A DNA stretch of 64,000 nt, from positions 21,095 to 85,094 of the forward strand of contig LUJS01000043.1 in NCBI GenBank assembly GCA_001689495.1. The letters are read 5' to 3'. The position numbers were made by a program, and so were the translations under genes. Source of the DNA: Bacteroidales bacterium M8. Lineage in GTDB: Bacteria; Bacteroidota; Bacteroidia; Bacteroidales; Muribaculaceae. The notes below the pieces were generated by a model. It was not told the origin of the DNA. It ran no database searches and saw only the letters and a list, made by a program, of their open reading frames with translations. This document shows positions 45,220 to 54,163 of the stretch, in pieces. How positions within the stretch are numbered: position 1 is the first letter of the stretch; each line of letters begins with the position of its first letter.

Positions 45220-47520
45220 ATGAAAAAACTGATATATGCCCTTACGGCCCTTGTGGCTCTGGGCGCATCTTCCTGCAAGGAGGACGAAATCAACTACTCG
45301 CCTTCAGACCTGCCCCGTCTGCCGCGTACGATGTTCCGCAGTGAGAACTCGACCAACCAGAAGCCCGAGGCTGACGAGTATGCATCAAAACTGGTGCCCG
45401 GCAAGGACAACGTGGTCCAGCTCTATTGGTATGGCGTCGAGGGTGCTGCCGGCTACGAGATCCGCTATGCGCAGAACCTCAAAACCGGTGTCTACGAGGA
45501 CTGGTGCGACACCCTGCCCATCAACGGTCTCGAGCCCAAGGTAAAGACCTTCGTCGTAGGTCCCCACGTGCTCAACGCACAGATCCAGCACCTCGAGTAT
45601 GGCTCTGACTACCGCTTCATCATCCGCGTTCTTTCGCCTCAGGGCGAGTCGCACCACTCCGAGTGGTACGGCCTCGGCGGCGGCCGCGAGTGGGAGGACT
45701 ATCTCGGCATCACCACCAACGACGTCACCAAGCCTACCCCCTGTCAGATTGAGGAGAAGGGTTTCACCGATGCTGTCATCAGCTTCGATCTTACCTTCAA
45801 CCCCAAAGAGTTCAGCGCCAACGACGTCAAGGAGATCAACGATGACGGTACTCCCAACGAGAACTGCATCCAGAACCGCTATGAGATCAAGGACGGCAAG
45901 TTCGTCGCTACGACTGTCGTTTGCCGCCCCGCTCCCTATAACGTGACCGCATCCATGCCCGAGGGCTTCACCAACGGCACCCGCGCCATCACTCAGGAGG
46001 AGCTCGCCTCAGGCAAGATCAAGGTAACAGGTCTTGACATGAACTCGGGCTACTACTTCTATCTGCGCAACGACAACAAGCTGCTCACCTATACCGACAA
46101 TGGCGGCAAGCAGCAGACCACCGACATCTACGCCCTCTACGGCCCCATGTTCATCCGTACACTGGGCGTCGTTGGCGAGCCGCAGATCATCGAGCCCATC
46201 GTTGACCCCAACGATACCATCCCCGGTGCTGTCGAGTACAACGCAACCCGTATCGACACCATCATCACCAACTTCGTGAACTCAAACCAGATTGCCGAGG
46301 GTCAGGTTTACTACCTCCGCGGCGGCCACAACTACTACACCGAGGGCAACCCCCTCGTGCAGAAGGGCTTCACTCTGGCTACACATCCCGATGACCTCGC
46401 GCAGGGCAAGCGTGCCACCGTATTCCTCGGCGGTATCGGCCTCAACGGCGAGACTCCCCGTACAGGCAACTGGGTACTCGGCAAGAACAAGGAGGCCGGC
46501 GACGTCGACGCCCCCATCGAGATCTCTGACGTTATCTTCGAAGGCATCGACTTCAAGTGTCCTCTTGCCCGCAACTTCGGCATGGGTCAGGTTACCGGCA
46601 ACTACTTCGTCAACATGTACTCGGGCGGTCTTGCCGTGACTTTCGAGTCATTCCAGCTCAAGAACTGTACCTTCCAAGGTTTTGTCCGCGGCTTCATCCG
46701 CGTGCAGGGTCCCCGCTACAAGGTCTTCAAGAAGTTTCTCGTCGAGGACTGCCTCTTCTACAATCAGGGCTACTATGACAACAACGGCCGCGGTTACACT
46801 TGGTTTGCCGGTGACGGCGGTCACGTGAAGACCAACCTCTGGAACGAGTTCATCCTGCGTCGTTGCACGTTCTACGATTCGCCCCGTCACGCTCTCATCT
46901 CCGACAACAACAAGCCTCTGGCTTGGGGTGACGGCGTCAAGTTCAACATCACCGTCGAGAACTGTACCTTCGTCAACTTCTCGACCCGCTCTAAGAGCCG
47001 TATGCTCCTTGACCTACGTTACCTCCCCAACGATTCGAAGATCACCTTCAAGAACAACCTTATCGTTCTTGCCAAGGATCCCGCCGACAAGCGTGACCTC
47101 AATCAGGCCGGTTCCGACATCCGCGAGGTATCGGGCGCAGGCTGGATAACCTTCGATGTCAAGGACAACTACTCGCTCGGCTGTACCGACGACCACATGA
47201 AGGACGACGGTATCTTCAACGCCGCTGCCTTCTCGGCCTCGAAGAACTCGATGGGCGCTATGTGGGACTGGTATCCCGGCCTCGTGTCGGGCGACAAGGA
47301 AGACCTCAAGGTCAAGGTAGGCGCTACGCCTCTCCGCGCCGACGAGTTCTTCAACAACCCCAATCCTCCCTACAAGAGCTTTGACAAGGCTAACCCCAAC
47401 GTAAATGACCACGCTGCTCCCGCAGACATCTTCAACGCTCTCAAGGTCAAGACCGACACCCGCGTTCAGTCACACGAGATCTATCAGAAGAGAATCGGTG
47501 ACCCCCGCTGGTACAACTGA
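45220..47520 (+). CDS. PUL-associated surface lipoprotein with FN3-like N-terminus and parallel beta-helix repeats (DUF4957/DUF5123-like; family uncertain)
   Basis: Lipobox LGASSCKED. Repeated PbH1-like turns (LKNCTFQGF, VEDCLFYNQ, LRRCTFYDS, VENCTFVNF). Third gene after SusC/SusD. Confidence 0.6.
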   Translation: MKKLIYALTALVALGASSCKEDEINYSPSDLPRLPRTMFRSENSTNQKPEADEYASKLVPGKDNVVQLYWYGVEGAAGYEIRYAQNLKTGVYEDWCDTLPINGLEPKVKTFVVGPHVLNAQIQHLEYGSDYRFIIRVLSPQGESHHSEWYGLGGGREWEDYLGITTNDVTKPTPCQIEEKGFTDAVISFDLTFNPKEFSANDVKEINDDGTPNENCIQNRYEIKDGKFVATTVVCRPAPYNVTASMPEGFTNGTRAITQEELASGKIKVTGLDMNSGYYFYLRNDNKLLTYTDNGGKQQTTDIYALYGPMFIRTLGVVGEPQIIEPIVDPNDTIPGAVEYNATRIDTIITNFVNSNQIAEGQVYYLRGGHNYYTEGNPLVQKGFTLATHPDDLAQGKRATVFLGGIGLNGETPRTGNWVLGKNKEAGDVDAPIEISDVIFEGIDFKCPLARNFGMGQVTGNYFVNMYSGGLAVTFESFQLKNCTFQGFVRGFIRVQGPRYKVFKKFLVEDCLFYNQGYYDNNGRGYTWFAGDGGHVKTNLWNEFILRRCTFYDSPRHALISDNNKPLAWGDGVKFNITVENCTFVNFSTRSKSRMLLDLRYLPNDSKITFKNNLIVLAKDPADKRDLNQAGSDIREVSGAGWITFDVKDNYSLGCTDDHMKDDGIFNAAAFSASKNSMGAMWDWYPGLVSGDKEDLKVKVGATPLRADEFFNNPNPPYKSFDKANPNVNDHAAPADIFNALKVKTDTRVQSHEIYQKRIGDPRWYN

Positions 47521-47542
47521 TAAATAAGATCTTTCAGCTATC

Positions 47543-47580
47543 GCGCCCCCGCACGTCTCACGACATGCGGGGGCGCTTTG
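47543..47580 (+). terminator. intrinsic terminator ending the SusC-SusD-lipoprotein operon
   Basis: gcgcccccgca (47543-47553) pairs with tgcgggggcgc (47566-47576), then tttg. Confidence 0.7.
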
Positions 47581-47630
47581 CGTCTTGTCAACTTAAGCCC
47601 CGCGATTTTGTTTTTATAAATAAATTGTAT

Positions 47631-47638
47631 TATCTTTG
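47631..47638 (+). promoter_or_regulatory. -7 box TATCTTTG (malQ)
   Basis: Exact motif 46 nt upstream of ATG 47684. Confidence 0.5.
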
Positions 47639-47683
47639 CCGATAGAAGAATATTAAAATAAACATATCATACTTACCTGAAAA

Positions 47684-50347
47684 ATGAAACTCACATTCAG
47701 CGTCAATTATCGCACCGAATGGGGCGAGTCTCTCTGGATAGCCGGCACCGCGCCCGCGCTTGAGGGTGGCGTGCCCATGCACCTCGACGGACAGGAGACT
47801 TGGACCGCCGTAGTCGACGTGCCCGAGGATGCCGCTCCGTTTGAATACGGATACGAAGTGCGCCACGAGAACGGTGGCGTCAAGAAGGAGTGGGGTCACC
47901 CCCGCACGTTCCGCAGGGCCGACAACGCCCATCGCTTTTATGTCTGCGACCGCTGGCAGGATCAGCCGTGGGACAAGCCATACTACTCGATGGCCTTCAC
48001 CGACTGCATCTGCCGCCGCGAGGAGCGCGACGAGCGTCAGCTCCCCTCGGCCGGAATGCTCACGCTCACCGTCGACGCCCCCATGATAGCCCAAGACGAG
48101 GCCGTGGCCGTCAGCGGCGAGGACGAGACCCTCGGCGCTTGGATGCCCGAGAAGGCCCTGCGCATGTCTGATGCCGACTATCCCACGTGGAGCGTCAACA
48201 TACCCCTCTCGGTTCTCCGCGAGGGCACCGACTATAAGTTCCTCATCGTCAAGAAGGCCACCGGCGCCGTCGTGGCGTGGGAAGGTCGCGACAACCGCCG
48301 CCTCGAGCCCCTCGACGTGCAGCCGAGCGACACAGTGGTCGATGCCGGACAGCGTCTTGTCAACCCCCTCACCCCGTGGAGGGGCGCAGGCGTGGCCATC
48401 CCCGTCTTCTCGCTCAGAAGCGACGACGACTTCGGCGTTGGCGACTTCCTCGACCTCAAGGGTATGATAGACTGGGCCGTGCAGACCCGCCAGCAGTTCG
48501 TGCAGCTCCTGCCCGTCAACGACACCACCATGACCGGGTCGTGGACCGACTCGTATCCCTATAACGCAAACTCGACGTTTGCCCTCCATCCCATGTATCT
48601 GCGCCTGCAGGCCATGGGGCGCCTCAACGATCCCGAGCGCCAGAGATATTACGACGACCTGGGCCGCGAGCTCAACCGCCTCGCCGAGGTCGACTACGAG
48701 CGCGCCAACAACGCCAAGAACGAGTTCACGCGCGAACTCTTCGCACAGGACGGCCCGGCCGCCATGCAGAGCCCCGAGGTCAAGGCGTTTGTCGAGAAGA
48801 ACGCATCGTGGCTCACCCCATACGCCGCTTGGTGCGTGCTTAGAGACCTCAACAAGACCCCCGACATGAGCAAGTGGGGAGACATGGCCGTCTATGACGC
48901 CGCGAGGGTCGACGCATTCATCAACGCCCACCGCGACGAGATCGACTATGTGTACTGGATACAGTATCACCTCGACCGTCAGATGCGCGAGGTCCACGAG
49001 TATGCCCGCCACCACGGCGTGGCCATCAAGGGCGACATCCCCATCGGCATCTCGCGCCACAGCGTCGACGCTTGGCTCTCGCCCCGACTCTTCAACCTCG
49101 ACTGTCAGGCCGGTGCTCCGCCGGACGATTTCTCTGTCCTCGGCCAGAACTGGGGATTCCCCACATACAACTGGGAGGAGATGTCAAAGGACGGCTTCGC
49201 GTGGTGGAAGGCACGTTTCCGCAAGATGGCCGAGTATTTCGACGCCTACCGCATAGACCACGTTCTGGGCTTCTTCAGGATATGGCAGATACCCATGAAC
49301 GCCCTCCACGGCCTGCTCGGCGTCTTCAACAGGGCATTGCCCTTCTCGCCCGACGAGCTCAGGAACAACTATGATTTCTGGCTCGACACCGAGCGCCAGA
49401 CCAAGCCCTTCATTCAGGAGTGGATGCTGGGCGACTTCTTCGGCGAGTGGACCGACGAGTGCCGCGACACCTATCTGGTCGACGCCGGCTATGGCTCGTA
49501 TCGCCTCAAGCCCGAGTTCGACACCCAGCGCAAGGTGGCCGACCACTTTGCCGCCCTCGAGAAGAGCGACAAGAACGTGCGCATCTGCGAGGCCCTCCTC
49601 GGACTGATCGACGACGTCCTCTTCATCGAGGATCCCGTCGAGAAGGGCAAGTATCATCCCCGCATCTCGGCACAGTTCACATACTGCTACCGCTCGCTCA
49701 CCGACTATGAGAAGTGGTGCTTCAACCGCCTCTACAACGACTTCTACTATCGTCGCAACAACGACTTCTGGTATGGTCAGGCCATGTGGAAGATGCCGCC
49801 GCTCATTCAGGCCACCGACATGCTCACCTGCGCCGAAGACCTCGGCATGATACCCGCCTGCGTGCCCGCCGTGATGAACGCCCTCGAGATACTCGTTCTC
49901 GAGATACAGCGCATGCCCAAGGACCCCGCCACGCCGTTCGGCAACACTTGGCACTATCCCTACTATTCGGTCTGCACCACGTCGACCCACGACATGGACG
50001 GCATACGCCGCTGGTGGGAGGCCGACAGGTCGGTGACCCAGCGCTTCTACAACGAGGTGCTGCGCGAGCCCGGCGAGGCTCCGCAGTATGCCGAGCCGTG
50101 GATATGCGAGCGCATCGTCAACCTGCACCTGCAGTCGCCCTCGATGCTCTGCATACTCCCCCTTCAGGACTGGCTCAGCATTGACGGCGTGATGCGCCGC
50201 CGCGACCCGCGCGAGGAGCTGATCAACATCCCCGCCAACCCCCGCCACTACTGGAGATACCGCATGCACCTCACCACCGGCCAGCTCATCGAAGCCAAGG
50301 AACTCAACAACCGCCTCAAGGAAATGATCGCCACCTCAGGCCGCTGA
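47684..50347 (+). CDS. malQ: 4-alpha-glucanotransferase (GH77) with two N-terminal CBM20-like modules
   Basis: Two starch-binding-like modules (FSVNYRTEWGESLWIAG; VAVSGEDETLGAW). Then the GH77 core AGVAIPVFSLRSDDDFGVGDF...LLPVNDT...YRIDHVLGF. Confidence 0.9.
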   Translation: MKLTFSVNYRTEWGESLWIAGTAPALEGGVPMHLDGQETWTAVVDVPEDAAPFEYGYEVRHENGGVKKEWGHPRTFRRADNAHRFYVCDRWQDQPWDKPYYSMAFTDCICRREERDERQLPSAGMLTLTVDAPMIAQDEAVAVSGEDETLGAWMPEKALRMSDADYPTWSVNIPLSVLREGTDYKFLIVKKATGAVVAWEGRDNRRLEPLDVQPSDTVVDAGQRLVNPLTPWRGAGVAIPVFSLRSDDDFGVGDFLDLKGMIDWAVQTRQQFVQLLPVNDTTMTGSWTDSYPYNANSTFALHPMYLRLQAMGRLNDPERQRYYDDLGRELNRLAEVDYERANNAKNEFTRELFAQDGPAAMQSPEVKAFVEKNASWLTPYAAWCVLRDLNKTPDMSKWGDMAVYDAARVDAFINAHRDEIDYVYWIQYHLDRQMREVHEYARHHGVAIKGDIPIGISRHSVDAWLSPRLFNLDCQAGAPPDDFSVLGQNWGFPTYNWEEMSKDGFAWWKARFRKMAEYFDAYRIDHVLGFFRIWQIPMNALHGLLGVFNRALPFSPDELRNNYDFWLDTERQTKPFIQEWMLGDFFGEWTDECRDTYLVDAGYGSYRLKPEFDTQRKVADHFAALEKSDKNVRICEALLGLIDDVLFIEDPVEKGKYHPRISAQFTYCYRSLTDYEKWCFNRLYNDFYYRRNNDFWYGQAMWKMPPLIQATDMLTCAEDLGMIPACVPAVMNALEILVLEIQRMPKDPATPFGNTWHYPYYSVCTTSTHDMDGIRRWWEADRSVTQRFYNEVLREPGEAPQYAEPWICERIVNLHLQSPSMLCILPLQDWLSIDGVMRRRDPREELINIPANPRHYWRYRMHLTTGQLIEAKELNNRLKEMIATSGR

Positions 50348-50365
50348 TCATCCCCCCATATCACC

Positions 50366-50400
50366 AAACAGAGCCGCACCCCGGGCGCGGCTCTGTTTGT
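50366..50400 (+). terminator. intrinsic terminator of malQ
   Basis: aaacagagccgc-accccgggc-gcggctctgttt followed by gttcttg. Confidence 0.7.
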
Positions 50401-50461
50401 TCTTGTGAGTTGTGTCAATGCAAACAAAATGCTGATATTTTGCGTTTTGCATAAAAATCAC

Positions 50462-50469
50462 TATCTTTG
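50462..50469 (+). promoter_or_regulatory. -7 box TATCTTTG (small ORF/GNAT pair)
   Basis: Exact motif 27 nt upstream of ATG 50496. Confidence 0.5.
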
Positions 50470-50495
50470 CGACAGATATTCAAACAGACCCCGTC

Positions 50496-50681
50496 ATGAT
50501 ACACCCTAATTCCGGCTCCACAATGACCGCGGCAGAGGCAACCCATTTCCGCCGCGAGATGATGCGCCGCATGCGCGGCGACCTCACCGATCGCGAGCGT
50601 AGACAGCTCGAATGGCGTGGCAAGGTGTATGAGGAAATCCTGAAAGGCAATGGCGGCAAGAATCCGTTACTCTCCCGCTGA
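50496..50681 (+). CDS. small basic protein, candidate antitoxin partner of the GNAT gene
   Basis: 61-aa ORF directly behind a TATCTTTG box. Arg/Glu-rich and helical-looking. Ends 1 nt before a TTG in the GNAT frame, or overlaps ATG 50650 by 32 nt. No family recognised. Confidence 0.4.
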   Translation: MIHPNSGSTMTAAEATHFRREMMRRMRGDLTDRERRQLEWRGKVYEEILKGNGGKNPLLSR

Positions 50682-51219
50682 ATTGAGTTTCGCACCCCTC
50701 TCAGACGAGGATTTTGCAGAACTGGGCACGTTTTCGTGCGGAGTCGAGACAATCGACAGTTTTTTCAGGAATCAGGCTGAGCTGTGCTCAAGATACAGCT
50801 ATCTCATTCCATATAAATGCACTCATCGTGACTCGGGCGAGATTCTCGGCTTGTTTACGTTGTCTAACGACGTGATTGCGCTTGAGTATGAGGATAAATA
50901 TGACTTTCCCAATCTCCCGGACGAATATGAGGCGATTTTCCGTCAGCAAACCTCATTTCCTGCGGTCAATATCGGGCATCTTGCAGTGAGAAGCGACAGA
51001 CAATCCAAGGACATAGGCCGGTTGATTGTGGTTTTTGTCGCCGAGACATTCGCTCATTACCGTATGACCGGCTGTCAGTTCATAACTGTCGATGCCCTCA
51101 ACAATCACAGGGCAATAAATTTTTATCAGTCAGTACTCGGCTTTGAGTTTCAGACGGCCTCTGACATTGGCAAGCCCACACGGCGCATGTATCTGGATAT
51201 TTTTACCGACAGACGGTGA
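50650..51219 (+). CDS. GNAT family N-acetyltransferase, TacT/AtaT toxin-like
   Basis: N-terminal FSCGVETIDSFF (the F-x-C-G-x-x-x-hydrophobic-D pattern of toxin-type GNATs). Acetyl-CoA region IGRLIV...AINFYQSVLGFEF. An alternative TTG start exists at 50683. Confidence 0.7.
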   Translation: MAARIRYSPAELSFAPLSDEDFAELGTFSCGVETIDSFFRNQAELCSRYSYLIPYKCTHRDSGEILGLFTLSNDVIALEYEDKYDFPNLPDEYEAIFRQQTSFPAVNIGHLAVRSDRQSKDIGRLIVVFVAETFAHYRMTGCQFITVDALNNHRAINFYQSVLGFEFQTASDIGKPTRRMYLDIFTDRR

Positions 51220-51281
51220 TATATGCAATAAAGCGGGGTTGGGTCACTTTTTTTATTTTTGTATGTTTGCCGGGAAAATAT

Positions 51282-51289
51282 TATCTTTG
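51282..51289 (+). promoter_or_regulatory. -7 box TATCTTTG (BIG2/FGE-lipoprotein pair)
   Basis: Exact motif. A second TATGTTTG lies at 51262-51269. Implies a leader of about 140 nt. Confidence 0.4.
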
Positions 51290-51432
51290 CGCCTATAATG
51301 GGATGTGTCATTGTCTGAACACACTATGAAGAATGCACATCCGATACATTGAAAACACCACCGCGGACAGCTCTCTCCGTTGCTTCCTGTCTGAAACACA
51401 TACAATCCATATAATGAACCAACCAATTCATC

Positions 51433-52629
51433 ATGAACATTTTAAAGTTGAAGGGTGAGGCAAGAAAGCAGTTTTGTCTCACTATTGCGATGCTGTTGCT
51501 GAGTCTTGGCTGCAGCGTCACGGCCACGGCCGCCGACGGCTCACTCTATGTGGGAGAGCCCGGATACCTTTCCGGCCCATCGTATACGGGAGTCATGGAT
51601 GCCATCGCGTGGTATAGCGACAGGTCTAACGACATCAGCATCTCAGGCGACGCTTCGGGCGCCAGTGTGGTTATCCAGTCGTATTTCTCAGGTGTCGCGA
51701 CAATCGAGTGCCAGTATGGCTATCACTATTATTCAGGTGGCAGACGTCACAACCAGACGGGACATCTCAGATTCACGCTCTCGTGTCGGGCTTCTACGGT
51801 CACCATCGACAAGTCGAGCCTGAGCATCGGACCGGGCGGGACAGCCACGCTCACATACAGCAACAGCTCGGGCTACAAGCTACCCATCGGCATGTGGCGC
51901 ACGGACAACGATAAGATTGCTCTTGTTGACGACGGCGAGCGCGCCGTTGGCAAACAGACAGTAACCATCAAGGGCGTTGCGCCGGGAACTTGCAACATCA
52001 CGCTTTATGCCAATACCGGCGGCGATAATCCGGTCTGCAAGGTCTCTGTGGCCGACGTGCCTGCCAACAGCATTGCACTGTCGCCTTCAGAACTGAAGAT
52101 ACAGGAGGGTAAGACAGGATCATTCAAGTACACGCTGACTCCGTCAAACTCGTCGTCCAAGATCTCGTGGCGCATCTCTGACGAATCGGTTGCGACCATA
52201 ACGAGCAAGGGAGTCATCAAAGGCATCAGGGAGGGGCGTGCCATCGTCACGGCGACTACCGACAACGGACTCTCGGCCACCGGAACGGTCATCATTGCCG
52301 GCCAGCCGACCTCCGTATCGCTTGGCGGCAGTGCCCGGTTGTATCTCGGATATTCCTCGAGAATCACTCCCGCGCTGATCCCCTCGACGGCCATGACTAC
52401 CTATACGTGGAAATCGGACAACACCAAGGTTGTCACGGTCAGCTCGTCGGGCATACTCAAGGCTGTATCGGCCGGACAGGCCCTCATTACCGTGAAGACC
52501 GCAAACGGACTTGAGGCATCGGTGAGGGTGACCGTCGTGGAGGCCCCCGAGGGGCTTGATGCGGCCAATGCAAGGTCGCGCACTGCCAAAATGAAAAAAC
52601 TTATCAATTCAGTCCTAAAAACAAGATAA
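51433..52629 (+). CDS. secreted protein with Ig-like (BIG2-type) repeats
   Basis: Signal peptide. Repeats of the form V.S.D..VATI...G.I.G...G.A.ITA occur three to four times. Confidence 0.7.
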   Translation: MNILKLKGEARKQFCLTIAMLLLSLGCSVTATAADGSLYVGEPGYLSGPSYTGVMDAIAWYSDRSNDISISGDASGASVVIQSYFSGVATIECQYGYHYYSGGRRHNQTGHLRFTLSCRASTVTIDKSSLSIGPGGTATLTYSNSSGYKLPIGMWRTDNDKIALVDDGERAVGKQTVTIKGVAPGTCNITLYANTGGDNPVCKVSVADVPANSIALSPSELKIQEGKTGSFKYTLTPSNSSSKISWRISDESVATITSKGVIKGIREGRAIVTATTDNGLSATGTVIIAGQPTSVSLGGSARLYLGYSSRITPALIPSTAMTTYTWKSDNTKVVTVSSSGILKAVSAGQALITVKTANGLEASVRVTVVEAPEGLDAANARSRTAKMKKLINSVLKTR

Positions 52630-52635
52630 TCCATC

Positions 52636-54075
52636 ATGACACGATATATCAAATACATCAAGATTTTCGTCCCGGTCGTTCTGTCGCTGATACTGTTTCC
52701 GTCATGCAGCGACGACTCGTCGGACGGCGGGGCAAATGGCCCCGGATCAATCGGCGGCGCAGTCAATTCGGTGTCTACTGACTGGCTTGCACCCCGTTCC
52801 GAGGTGCGCGCACGCATGAAGGGCTACAACATGCTCGGCGCGCCTTCGACAGATGTGGATCTGTTTGAGAATGCCGCAAACGGATACCTCGTGGCCTATG
52901 AGTATGAGAATGATCTTCTGCTCACATCGGCCATCATGATACCGTCGGGCGGAGACGGGATAGATGCCGACGCCATACTGAAATCCTATGCCTATGTCGG
53001 CGACATCGACGGCGGAAGGCTTTATGCCGATACCGACCGAAACACGATGGCCTGCTACTGGGAAGCGATGTCGGGATATTCGGACTATGCGGGCATCGGA
53101 TTCACCCCCGTGACATCGCATATACTCGGCACGTCAGAGCGATATGGCGTCACGACCGGCGACGTATCGGTGACCGCGACCACGGCTCGCTTCAACATCT
53201 CTATCAAGGGGGACGGAAAAGTCAAGGAGGCCGGTGTCGAATTCGGCTCAAGTCCGGAGTTCAAATCCGGCGAGACACGCACCGTGTCCAAACTCAATCC
53301 CACGACAGACCTGTCGCTGAGTGCCACAGGCATATTAGGCGAGTTGAAATACTATTACAGGGCATATGCCGTCATAGACGGGGCATATTACTACGGAGAG
53401 ACCAAGTCGTTCGACACTCCGCAGCTCACATATTCCATTGATGGCCAGATATACAGAATGATCAAGGTAGAAGGTGGACCATACGGCGATTTCCTGATGA
53501 TGCAGACCGAGGTTATTCCCTCCAAGGACATTACTGTCGGGGAGCATGCCGTCAGACTTGACAAAAACCAAGATAAGTACATAATAAAGGCAGAATTACG
53601 AGAGTTCCTTTACAATCTCCAGCAGAAAACCGGTTTGGCGTGGCGCATGCCGACATCGCAGGAGTGGAAACTCGCAGCCGGCGGCGGCGCGCTGTCCAAA
53701 GGTTTTGTGTATGCCGGAAGCAACGATGCCGCCGAGGTGGCTTGGCATAGCACCAACGCCACGTCTGCAATGTCTCCGGGCTTGCTCAAGGCCAACGAGC
53801 TCGGCTTCTATGATATGAGCGGCAATTATTCCGAACTCACAAACGATGCCCAGCTCGACGCACTTGCCCAAGGAAAGTATTTCACGGCGTCCAGTGCCGA
53901 TTGGTCATCATCCCGGTGCTATGGAGGCAACTGGAGTAAATCGGCGTCCGGCTGTACCATAGAAAGCAGTTTCCTGACACCCGGTGTCGAAAAAAACAAG
54001 ATCGACGCCAGATACTATACTCTTCGTCTGGTCATTTCATGCGATGCTTCTTTCGACGCATCCACTGTCAAGTAA
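52636..54075 (+). CDS. lipoprotein with C-terminal FGE-sulfatase (SUMF1-like) domain
   Basis: Lipobox LFPSCSDDS. The C-terminus WRMPTSQEWKLAAGGG...VAWHSTNA...NELGFYDMSGNYSELT follows the FGE/SUMF1 domain pattern. Confidence 0.65.
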   Translation: MTRYIKYIKIFVPVVLSLILFPSCSDDSSDGGANGPGSIGGAVNSVSTDWLAPRSEVRARMKGYNMLGAPSTDVDLFENAANGYLVAYEYENDLLLTSAIMIPSGGDGIDADAILKSYAYVGDIDGGRLYADTDRNTMACYWEAMSGYSDYAGIGFTPVTSHILGTSERYGVTTGDVSVTATTARFNISIKGDGKVKEAGVEFGSSPEFKSGETRTVSKLNPTTDLSLSATGILGELKYYYRAYAVIDGAYYYGETKSFDTPQLTYSIDGQIYRMIKVEGGPYGDFLMMQTEVIPSKDITVGEHAVRLDKNQDKYIIKAELREFLYNLQQKTGLAWRMPTSQEWKLAAGGGALSKGFVYAGSNDAAEVAWHSTNATSAMSPGLLKANELGFYDMSGNYSELTNDAQLDALAQGKYFTASSADWSSSRCYGGNWSKSASGCTIESSFLTPGVEKNKIDARYYTLRLVISCDASFDASTVK

Positions 54076-54098
54076 CGACCACACGCACCGATGAGAAA

Positions 54099-54134
54099 CA
54101 TCCCCCCGCTGGCCTTGATGCCTGCGGGGGGATG
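54099..54134. terminator. 11-bp perfect GC hairpin between convergent genes
   Basis: catccccccgc (54099-54109) pairs with gcggggggatg (54124-54134). Confidence 0.55.
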
Positions 54135-54163
54135 TCGGTATCATTCAGTTCTCAGCCACGGGG

